The translations under genes were made by a program, and so were the position numbers. A stretch of 64,000 bases of DNA. Source: Clostridia bacterium (GTDB lineage Bacteria > Bacillota > Clostridia > Oscillospirales > CAG-272). The notes under the pieces were generated by a model that searched no databases, was not told the DNA's origin, and saw only the letters and a program-made list of their open reading frames with translations. This document shows, in pieces, positions 56,964-64,000 of the stretch. The stretch's first letter is position 1. Every line of letters starts with the position of its first letter. The stretch covers positions 4,107-68,106 of the forward strand of contig JAGATW010000028.1 of the NCBI GenBank assembly GCA_017621085.1, given 5' to 3'.

Positions 56964-57638
56964 ATGTTCAACATACTGGTAGTTGACGACGACAAAAACA
57001 CTCGTTTGTTTCTAAAGGCAGTTTTAGAGGATGCCGGATATACTGTTTATACTGCTAACAACGGAGTTGATGCATTAAACGTTATGGATTCTGAGCATGT
57101 TGATTTAGTTGTGCTTGATGTTATGATGCCGATTATGGATGGCTATGAGCTTACCAAAATTTTGCGTCAAAGCCAAGATAATCTTCCTATACTTATGATT
57201 TCCGCAAAGCAGCTTCCCAAGGACAAGCATATGGGCTTTTTAGCAGGAACTGACGACTACATAACCAAGCCAATTGATGATGAAGAAATGCTGTATAGAA
57301 TCAAGGCACTTTTGCGTCGTGCAAAAATTGCAAGCGAGCATAAAATTTTCATTGGTGATGTTGTATTGGATTATGATTCATTAACTGTAACTAAGGGTAG
57401 TGAGATAATGGAGCTTCCTCAAAAGGAATTTTTGCTTTTATTTAAGCTTCTCTCATATCCCGGCAAGATTTTCACACGCATACAATTAATGGACGAAATA
57501 TGGGGTGCTGATAGCGAAACCGGTTGGGAAACTGTAACCGTACATATTGGCAGGCTGCGTAAAAGGTTTGAAGGCTGGGATGAATTTCAAATAGAGGCTG
57601 TTCGTGGTCTTGGCTACAAGGCGGTGAAAAAGCAATGA
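56964..57638 (+). CDS. OmpR/PhoB-family response regulator
   Basis: Start MFNILVVDDDKN follows AAGGAGGGA. Same motifs as the copy-A regulator. Confidence 0.9.
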   Translation: MFNILVVDDDKNTRLFLKAVLEDAGYTVYTANNGVDALNVMDSEHVDLVVLDVMMPIMDGYELTKILRQSQDNLPILMISAKQLPKDKHMGFLAGTDDYITKPIDDEEMLYRIKALLRRAKIASEHKIFIGDVVLDYDSLTVTKGSEIMELPQKEFLLLFKLLSYPGKIFTRIQLMDEIWGADSETGWETVTVHIGRLRKRFEGWDEFQIEAVRGLGYKAVKKQ

Positions 57639-58705
57639 AATACACAAACAAAAAAGATCAAAGCAACATAAGAAGACTAACCCTTATATTTTCTTTGATT
57701 GTTTTGGCTGTTCTTATTGTTGTTTTGGGACTTTCCTCTTTAGCGGCTTTTATACTAATTGAGGTAGGAGTTATTTCTCCCGAGGAGGGTATAGGCACAT
57801 CTCATATTATTTTATTTATGGCAATATCAAGTGTAGCCCTTGGTACTATCATATCAATCATTGCAAGCAAAATGATTTTAAGCCCACTTAATATGGTTAC
57901 ATCAAAAATCAAAAGCCTTGCAAATGGTAATTTTGGAACAAGAGTTGATTTTGATGAAATTGTTAGTCGTATGCCTTCTTTTTTAGAGCTTTCAACTGTG
58001 TTTAACAAGCTCTCCGAGGAGCTTCAAAACACTGAAATGCTACGAAGCGATTTTATTAACAACTTTTCTCACGAGTTTAAAACACCTATTGTTTCAATTG
58101 CCGGCTTTGCAAAGCTACTGAAAAAAGGAAATTTGACAGAGGAGCAAAAGGAGCAATATATCACTGCTATTGAAGAAGAGTCTATGCGACTTTCCTATAT
58201 GGCAACGAATGTATTAAATTTAACCAGAATCGAAAACCAATCTATTCTTTCCGATGTTACAGAATTTAATGTATCAGAGCAAATTCGTTCCTGTATTCTT
58301 CTTTTAGAGCCGAAATGGTCAAAAAAGAAGCTTGATTTTCAGTTTGAGCTTGATGAATACACCCTTGTTGCAAGTGAGGAGCTTTTAAAGCAAGTGTGGA
58401 TTAATTTAATTGACAATGCAATTAAGTTTTCTAATGACAGTGGTACTATTTCTATAAACGCTATTGAAAAAAAGAATGCTTTGTCTATTTCCATAACAAA
58501 TTACGGCTTTGATATTCCAAAGGAAGCTATTCCAAAGCTTTTTAACAAGTTTTATCAAGCAGACGCTTCACACTCAACCGAAGGCAACGGAGTTGGGTTG
58601 GCTATTGTAAAAAAGATAGTAGATTTACATAATGGTAGCATAAAGGCTACAAGCGAGAATTTAGCAGTCACCCTTACCGTTACCATGCCGAAAAATATAT
58701 ATTAG
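57635..58705 (+). CDS. Sensor histidine kinase (intramembrane-sensing type)
   Basis: ATGA overlap with the response regulator. H-box FSHEFKTPIVSI, N-box NLIDNAIKFS and G-box GNGVGLAIV. Confidence 0.9.
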   Translation: MKYTNKKDQSNIRRLTLIFSLIVLAVLIVVLGLSSLAAFILIEVGVISPEEGIGTSHIILFMAISSVALGTIISIIASKMILSPLNMVTSKIKSLANGNFGTRVDFDEIVSRMPSFLELSTVFNKLSEELQNTEMLRSDFINNFSHEFKTPIVSIAGFAKLLKKGNLTEEQKEQYITAIEEESMRLSYMATNVLNLTRIENQSILSDVTEFNVSEQIRSCILLLEPKWSKKKLDFQFELDEYTLVASEELLKQVWINLIDNAIKFSNDSGTISINAIEKKNALSISITNYGFDIPKEAIPKLFNKFYQADASHSTEGNGVGLAIVKKIVDLHNGSIKATSENLAVTLTVTMPKNIY

Positions 58706-58717
58706 GAGATAACTTGA

Positions 58718-59404
58718 ATGAATAGTTTATTAAAGGCTTTAATATGCATAGCATTAGGCTATTTTATTGGCACGATTAATCCTTCATATTTGATTGCTAA
58801 GATAAAGGACTTTGACATAAGAAAACGTGGTTCCGGTAATGCAGGGGCATCAAATGCACTAATTGTTTTTGGCAAGGCTGTTGGCATTTTTTGTGCGCTT
58901 TTTGATATTTACAAGGCGTGTCTTGCAATAGAGCTTGCAAGACGTGTGATTTTCCCCGATTATAGTCTTGCTTTCATTATTACAGGCACAGCTGCAATCA
59001 TTGGACATATGTACCCATTTTATATGAAATTCAAGGGTGGCAAGGGACTTGCTTGTCTTGGTGGTGTTGTTTTGATGTATGACTGGAAATTCTTTTTAAT
59101 TCTCTTAGCAATTGAAATCATTGTTGTTCTTGCAACTGACTACATATGCTTTGTTCCTATGACTGCATCTATTATCTTCCCTATTGCGTATGGTATTTTT
59201 GAAAAATCCTTTCATAGCGCTTGCATTTTCTTGTTTGCAACTGTATTGATTTTGTTTAAGCACGCAGAAAACATTATTAGAATCAGAAACAAAACAGAGC
59301 TTCACTTTAGCTACCTTTGGAACAAGGAAAAGGAGCTTGAGAGAATGAATGAAAGTGATGTCAACATAGATGTTTCTAAGGATAATGAGGAAAACAAAAA
59401 ATAA
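58718..59404 (+). CDS. plsY: PlsY-family glycerol-3-phosphate acyltransferase paralog
   Basis: Blocks GSGNAGASNA, KFKGGKGLACLGG and HAENIIRIRNKTE. Starts 12 nt after the kinase stop, with AGGAGA upstream. Confidence 0.8.
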   Translation: MNSLLKALICIALGYFIGTINPSYLIAKIKDFDIRKRGSGNAGASNALIVFGKAVGIFCALFDIYKACLAIELARRVIFPDYSLAFIITGTAAIIGHMYPFYMKFKGGKGLACLGGVVLMYDWKFFLILLAIEIIVVLATDYICFVPMTASIIFPIAYGIFEKSFHSACIFLFATVLILFKHAENIIRIRNKTELHFSYLWNKEKELERMNESDVNIDVSKDNEENKK

Positions 59405-59410
59405 TTTTTT

Positions 59411-59442
59411 GAGGATGAGGCGAATTTTGTCGTTTTATCCTC
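59411..59442 (+). terminator. Hairpin between plsY and the lipid kinase gene, copy B (terminator or attenuator)
   Basis: Stem GAGGAT / ATCCTC followed by TTTTTGTTTATTTTTAGTTTATTTTTGTG. An extended -10 (TGgTAATAT) follows near 59480..59488. Confidence 0.45.
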
Positions 59443-59511
59443 TTTTTGTTTATTTTTAGTTTATTTTTGTGTTTTATTATGGTAATATAGATTCTTTAAG
59501 GAGATGATAAT

Positions 59512-60384
59512 ATGGGCAAGATTTACGCACTTTTTAACCCTCTTTCAGCAAATAAATCAGGTGAAGAAAAGGCAAATAAGCTAATTGGCTTTTTTCCTGG
59601 GGAGGATATTGATTTTGTTGATATTACTAAGATTAACAATTATAAATCCTTTATTGATTTTTTAGAGTCTGATGATAGAATTGTAATTTGTGGTGGAGAT
59701 GGCACAATAAATCGTTTTGCAAATGAAATTTTTGATTTAAAAATAAAAAATGAAATTTTATACTACGCAACCGGATCAGGCAATGATTTTTTACGTGATT
59801 TAGAAAAAAATGCTGAAGATGGTCCTGTTTCACTAAACGAGCATTTAACAAATTTGCCTGTTGTAACTGTTAAAGGTAAAGATTATCGTTTTATTAATGG
59901 AATTGGCTATGGTATTGATGGCTATTGCTGTGAGGTTGGAGATAAGCTAAGAAATTCTTCAGCTAAATCAATAAACTACACATCTATTGCAATTAAGGGA
60001 CTTTTGTTCCATTATAAGCCTACAAATGCTACTGTTTATGTAGATGGTCAAAAATATGAATTTAAAAAGGTATGGATTGCACCAACTATGGTAGGTAGGT
60101 TTTATGGTGGTGGCATGATGCCTGCACCTAAGCAAAACAGAAACGATAGATGTGACCACGTTTCTCTTTCATTGCTTTATGGCTCAGGTAAATTGAAAAC
60201 CTTAATGATGTTTCCTTCTCTTTTTAAGGGTGAGCATGTTAAATATAAAAACCATGTTGCTATATTTACCGGAAAGAATATTACCGTTGAATTTGACAGA
60301 CCTGTTGCTTTGCAAATTGATGGCGAAACAATTCTTGATGTTTCAAGCTACGAGGTTAAATTAGGAGTACACGCCAAAATATAA
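59512..60384 (+). CDS. Diacylglycerol-kinase catalytic-domain lipid kinase
   Basis: Motifs ICGGDGTINRF, YYATGSGNDFLRD and LQIDGE. Confidence 0.8.
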   Translation: MGKIYALFNPLSANKSGEEKANKLIGFFPGEDIDFVDITKINNYKSFIDFLESDDRIVICGGDGTINRFANEIFDLKIKNEILYYATGSGNDFLRDLEKNAEDGPVSLNEHLTNLPVVTVKGKDYRFINGIGYGIDGYCCEVGDKLRNSSAKSINYTSIAIKGLLFHYKPTNATVYVDGQKYEFKKVWIAPTMVGRFYGGGMMPAPKQNRNDRCDHVSLSLLYGSGKLKTLMMFPSLFKGEHVKYKNHVAIFTGKNITVEFDRPVALQIDGETILDVSSYEVKLGVHAKI

Positions 60385-60387
60385 GCT

Positions 60388-60418
60388 AAAAAGCACACTA
60401 TGACTTTAGTGTGCTTTT
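60388..60418 (+). terminator. Terminator after the copy-B lipid kinase gene
   Basis: Stem AAAAGCACACTA / TAGTGTGCTTTT. Confidence 0.75.
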
Positions 60419-60501
60419 GCTTTAACTTGTATTGACATTACACTAAAAAAATGATATTATTAAAGAGTAAATTTTCATCATAGTAAACACTTGGAGGAAT
60501 T

Positions 60502-61638
60502 ATGAATTTTACAGATGTTAAAAGGCTAATTGATACAATGCCCTTGCGTGGAATACCGTTTTTTGAGCTAATCGTTACCAAGGATGGAAATGAGGTTTTC
60601 AGACACAGGGTCGGCTATTCTGACGGAAAACAGGAAAAGCCATTTAAGGAAAATGATTTATATTGGCTTTTTTCCACATCAAAGCTAATAACCTGTGTTT
60701 GTGCTATGAGGCTTATTGATAATGGTATTATTAAGCTTGATGACCCCGTTGCAAAATACATTCCTTCCTTTGCAAATTTAACCGTAAGACAAGCAGATGG
60801 TACAACTACTCCTTGTAAGACTGTAATGACTATTGAGCATCTGTTTACTATGACCTCCGGTATTGGTCCTGACCATGAGGATAGAAGGAATTTAAATAAA
60901 ATTCTTGATAAAAATCCAAACGCTACTACTCTTGAGCTTGTCAGCAGCTTTGCAAGCGTACCACTATATTTTGAGCCGGGAACAAGGTATCAATATGGCT
61001 TTAGTCATGATACTTTGGCGGCTGTTGTTGAGGTGGCAAGTAATACACGTTTTTCTGAATACGTACAAAAAAATGTTTTAGACCCACTTAATATGACTGA
61101 CACAGGCTTTAGACCTACAGTTGAGCAAAAAGCGCGCTTTGCATCAACGTATAGATATGATAATTCCAACGGCACAAGTGTTTTAATTCCTACAGAAAAC
61201 AGATACGCTATTACTCCTAATTATGATAGTGGTGGGGCAGGTCTTTTTAGCTGTGCCCAAGATTATATTAAATTTTTAACAGTACTTGCCTGTGGTGGCA
61301 CAACAAAGGATGGCTATTGCCTTTTAAGTGAAAATGCTATAAAGCAAATGGAAATAAACCGTCTTTGCAAGGAAGCTTTAAGCGACTTTGTTAATGGAAG
61401 ATTGCATGGCTATGGCTGGGGGCTTTGCGGAAGAGTTCACATTAACCCTGTATATTCCCTTTCAAAATCAGCAGTTGGTGAATTTGGTTGGGATGGGGCT
61501 GCCGGATGCTTTTCTATGGTTGATAGAAAAAACAAGGTTGCTATTTTCTATGGAATGCAGGTACATAATTGTACATATTCTTATATCATACTTCAACCAC
61601 TTATTCGCACCTTGGTTTATAAGGCATTGGAGGACTAA
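60502..61638 (+). CDS. Serine hydrolase of the beta-lactamase/PBP4* (class C-like) family
   Basis: SxxK motif FSTSKLIT. Typical length. RBS GGAGGA. Confidence 0.7.
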   Translation: MNFTDVKRLIDTMPLRGIPFFELIVTKDGNEVFRHRVGYSDGKQEKPFKENDLYWLFSTSKLITCVCAMRLIDNGIIKLDDPVAKYIPSFANLTVRQADGTTTPCKTVMTIEHLFTMTSGIGPDHEDRRNLNKILDKNPNATTLELVSSFASVPLYFEPGTRYQYGFSHDTLAAVVEVASNTRFSEYVQKNVLDPLNMTDTGFRPTVEQKARFASTYRYDNSNGTSVLIPTENRYAITPNYDSGGAGLFSCAQDYIKFLTVLACGGTTKDGYCLLSENAIKQMEINRLCKEALSDFVNGRLHGYGWGLCGRVHINPVYSLSKSAVGEFGWDGAAGCFSMVDRKNKVAIFYGMQVHNCTYSYIILQPLIRTLVYKALED

Positions 61639-62247
61639 ATGGTATTTTATCTTGTAACAATTTTTATTTCAATGGTTATAATAGCAGTAGCTAACGCACT
61701 TGTTGTTCCCTTTGAGATTAGCAATTTTTTGTGGATTTTCTTAAATGTGACTATTGGTACGGTGGGCGTTATTGCTATTGATGGCCTTGGTGCTTTTCTT
61801 GTACGCAGAGCATTACCGGAAAAATGGTTTTTACCACAAAAAAAGCTATTTACTGTTTCAAAAAAGGAGCATAACTTTTATAAGGCTATCAAAATTAAGG
61901 CTTGGAAGGACAAGGTGCCTGAGCTTGGTATGTTTACTGCATTTAGTAAGAGTGAATTTAAAAGCTCAAGTGATAAAAATTATTTAAAGAGATTTATAAT
62001 TGAAAGCAACTATGGTGTTATTTGCCATTTACAAAATGCTATTTTGGGTTTTTTGATTTTGTTTATTCCATATATTAACGGAACAAATGTAGTATTTCCT
62101 TGTTATGCTTCTATTTGGGTTCCTATTTTTGCTGTAAACTTTATTCTCAGTATGCTACCTGTGTTTATTTTAAGATACACAAGCTATACTCTTTTAAGAC
62201 TTTACGAAAAACAGCTTAAGAAGGAAGCACAATTGCAAGATATGTAA
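61639..62247 (+). CDS. Small polytopic membrane protein, weakly reminiscent of CrtO-type glycosyl-carotenoid acyltransferases
   Basis: 202-aa ORF starting 1 nt after the upstream stop. The block FYKAIKIKAWKDKVPELG...IIESNYGVICHL resembles my recollection of the CrtO family. This is unverified. Confidence 0.4.
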   Translation: MVFYLVTIFISMVIIAVANALVVPFEISNFLWIFLNVTIGTVGVIAIDGLGAFLVRRALPEKWFLPQKKLFTVSKKEHNFYKAIKIKAWKDKVPELGMFTAFSKSEFKSSSDKNYLKRFIIESNYGVICHLQNAILGFLILFIPYINGTNVVFPCYASIWVPIFAVNFILSMLPVFILRYTSYTLLRLYEKQLKKEAQLQDM

Positions 62248-62261
62248 GCTTTTAAGCAATT

Positions 62262-62291
62262 AAAAAGCGTCGCTCAAAGCGACGCTTTTTT
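62262..62291. terminator. Bidirectional terminator
   Basis: AAAAAGCGTCGC-tcaaa-GCGACGCTTTTT. Confidence 0.8.
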
Positions 62292-62292
62292 A

Positions 62293-64000
62293 TTATTTTT
62301 TAACAAAAATAACCACAGGGTCAAGAGTTTTTGCAGAAATATCTAAAATATATCTATCATTCTCTTTTTCATAGTTAAGTGGCATTTCTTCTCCGTTTGG
62401 TGCTAAATATGAAAAATTCTTTGCTTCAAAATTACATACTAACTCTACATTTTCTATTGTATCAATCCCTAAATTAAAGATTGCACAGAATAGCTTACTT
62501 TCATTTATATCTGCTACTTTTAGGTATACCTCTTCATCACCCGGGAAATAAATAGGCATTTCTCCTGTTTTGTTTAATATATCTATTAACTGCTCTTTTC
62601 TTGAATAATTAAGGAATGAAAATGTACCGGATGATATGCTATATTCTGATGTTGGACTACCGCAAAATACAATCACTGTGCCGCCCAACTCATTTGTATA
62701 GCCTGTAACACCCGGGAATAGCGTTTCATAGCTTTCATAATCTGTGGTGTTACATACATATGAATATGCTTTCGTTTTTTCTGACGTTGGAATTAATTCC
62801 ATAATCTTATCTTGAATTTTAGTGTGGTTACCATTAATGCCTATAATCTCACGCACCGGTTGTTTGCCTGTCCACGGGCGAACGTCAACGCCAAGATATT
62901 TACCAAAGCCACGATTGATTAAGTTTAATGCTGTGTCGGACGCTAAAAATACCGGTCCTTTTAGAATTTCTAAAATTTCACTATCGCTAAGACGTGTATC
63001 AACATCTCCCTCTAAGCACACAACTCCTCCCATTTCGCTGGAAAAATACATTGGCAAGCCAAGTCTTTCAAGGACATAGTAGCTCCAGCCGTCCCATTCC
63101 TCCTTTACTCGACCATATGTAAAGTCCGGAGTTGAGGGAACGAATATTCTACATCCACGCCATTTTAGGCTTGGTTGAAGCTCAGCTAATTTTTCATAAA
63201 AGCCACGGTATTTACTTAATACTTTTCTGTATGCTATTCCACTTTTTTCCTCGTGAGCTATTAAGCGTGTAATCCAGTGCTTTGCACCATTAGCACCCTC
63301 TAAAATTGAACCGGTAAAGTGTGTGTGAAGCCCTTGTGCGCTTACGCTATATCTATTTTGTGGGCAGGTGTCGGTTTCTGCTAAAAGAACATCTGCTTTG
63401 CCCCTTAGCTTTGCAATTTGGGTCGCGGCACGGTGGAACACTCTGCTAAAAAATCTTGTGCCTTGTGGGGTGTAGTTTCCATTATTAATTCTAATAGTTA
63501 CAGGGTTGCCATCGCCGGCTAAGGTAGATGCTATTTCATAGGCGAATTCTGCATTGTTGCCACAACAACAATACGATACAGGCAATTTAGGATTTACACT
63601 ATCAAAGCCTGCACGCATTATTTTGGCTGTTTCTATCAAGGAATCTCTTTGTACATCTATGAAAATGTCTGTATATTTTTTTGCAAGAGCTGTTTTTTCG
63701 TTTACTATCTTCCATAGCTCTCGGTTTGAAAGGTCAGTACCTGCGCGCTTATTAAACTCTGCCATATGTAGAGGACAAGCACAGCCCTCTCCCTTATACC
63801 AAATGGTGCGAAAATCGTCATCTATCATTACGCAAGAGGGATTATATGAGGCTATGGTTGCCATAACATTATATATGTATTTTTTAAAGCCCTCATCATA
63901 TGGGCAAGCGACACGGGTAGCCACTCCGTCAGTAAAATTGACGTGAGTTTGATATGGAAACATTTCACCTAAAATCCAGCCGTGACCAACTGTTGCTTGA
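62293..64000 (-). CDS. Uncharacterised protein, 5' end beyond the window (possibly glycan-related by context)
   Basis: The frame stays open upstream of the track's ATG at 63963 (..QATVGHGWILGEMFPYQ..), so the gene probably starts outside the window. I recognised no motif. Confidence 0.5.
   Translation of the reverse strand, partial: QATVGHGWILGEMFPYQTHVNFTDGVATRVACPYDEGFKKYIYNVMATIASYNPSCVMIDDDFRTIWYKGEGCACPLHMAEFNKRAGTDLSNRELWKIVNEKTALAKKYTDIFIDVQRDSLIETAKIMRAGFDSVNPKLPVSYCCCGNNAEFAYEIASTLAGDGNPVTIRINNGNYTPQGTRFFSRVFHRAATQIAKLRGKADVLLAETDTCPQNRYSVSAQGLHTHFTGSILEGANGAKHWITRLIAHEEKSGIAYRKVLSKYRGFYEKLAELQPSLKWRGCRIFVPSTPDFTYGRVKEEWDGWSYYVLERLGLPMYFSSEMGGVVCLEGDVDTRLSDSEILEILKGPVFLASDTALNLINRGFGKYLGVDVRPWTGKQPVREIIGINGNHTKIQDKIMELIPTSEKTKAYSYVCNTTDYESYETLFPGVTGYTNELGGTVIVFCGSPTSEYSISSGTFSFLNYSRKEQLIDILNKTGEMPIYFPGDEEVYLKVADINESKLFCAIFNLGIDTIENVELVCNFEAKNFSYLAPNGEEMPLNYEKENDRYILDISAKTLDPVVIFVKK

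Larger units (their letters stand above)
43699..60418. repeat. Segmental duplication, copy B (complete, about 16.7 kb)
   Basis: Eleven genes in the same order and orientation as copy A. Confidence 0.9.

Noticed and set aside
1-64000. Transposon or ICE origin of the duplicated module; CRISPR arrays; tRNA or rRNA genes
   Set aside because: No transposase, integrase, relaxase or terminal repeats flank the visible module borders. No short regularly spaced repeats are present. No intergenic region shows tRNA-like or rRNA-like sequence.

Overview
The window looks like chromosome from a low-GC Gram-positive, Clostridia-like organism. That placement is inferred from AT-rich composition, GGAGG-type ribosome binding sites (RBS), many lipobox signal peptides and a CotH gene. 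Coding density is high. I saw no rRNA, tRNA, CRISPR, transposase, integrase or phage genes.

The main feature is an 11-gene module of about 16.7 kb that occurs twice in direct orientation, about 45.2 kb apart. Copy A runs from before base 1 to about 15142. Copy B runs from about 43699 to 60418.

Each copy has two divergent units:
- **Minus-strand operon (7 genes):** acidic 3-TM membrane protein, MoxR AAA+ ATPase, DUF58 protein, BatA-like TM-vWA protein, double-vWA membrane protein, a lipoprotein of about 570 aa, and a lipoprotein of more than 1000 aa.
- **Plus-strand unit:** OmpR-type response regulator, intramembrane-type histidine kinase and a PlsY acyltransferase paralog. A conserved hairpin and a separate promoter follow, then a DAG-kinase-family lipid kinase.

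I consider this Bat-like MoxR/vWA machine, with its own surface lipoproteins and a linked signalling and lipid-synthesis unit, the best candidate for an undescribed envelope system. In copy A the BatA-like gene is split by a 1-nt change in a homopolymer.

The roughly 28 kb between the copies carries:
- a CotH-family protein with nine tandem Cys/His repeats;
- glycosidases with no signal peptides (GH2 beta-mannosidase, DUF4091-like, GH29 fucosidase, GH3);
- four XRE-type HTH regulators, two of them HTH+TPR with a shared upstream motif;
- three tandem SGNH hydrolases and an M14 peptidase;
- a lipoprotein with trigger-factor-like PPIase domains;
- a DUF523-HAD-HD operon, MgtC, a Nudix hydrolase and a 964-aa BspA-type LRR surface protein.

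All family calls come from motifs I read in the translations. No database search was run, and similarity statements are by-eye estimates.
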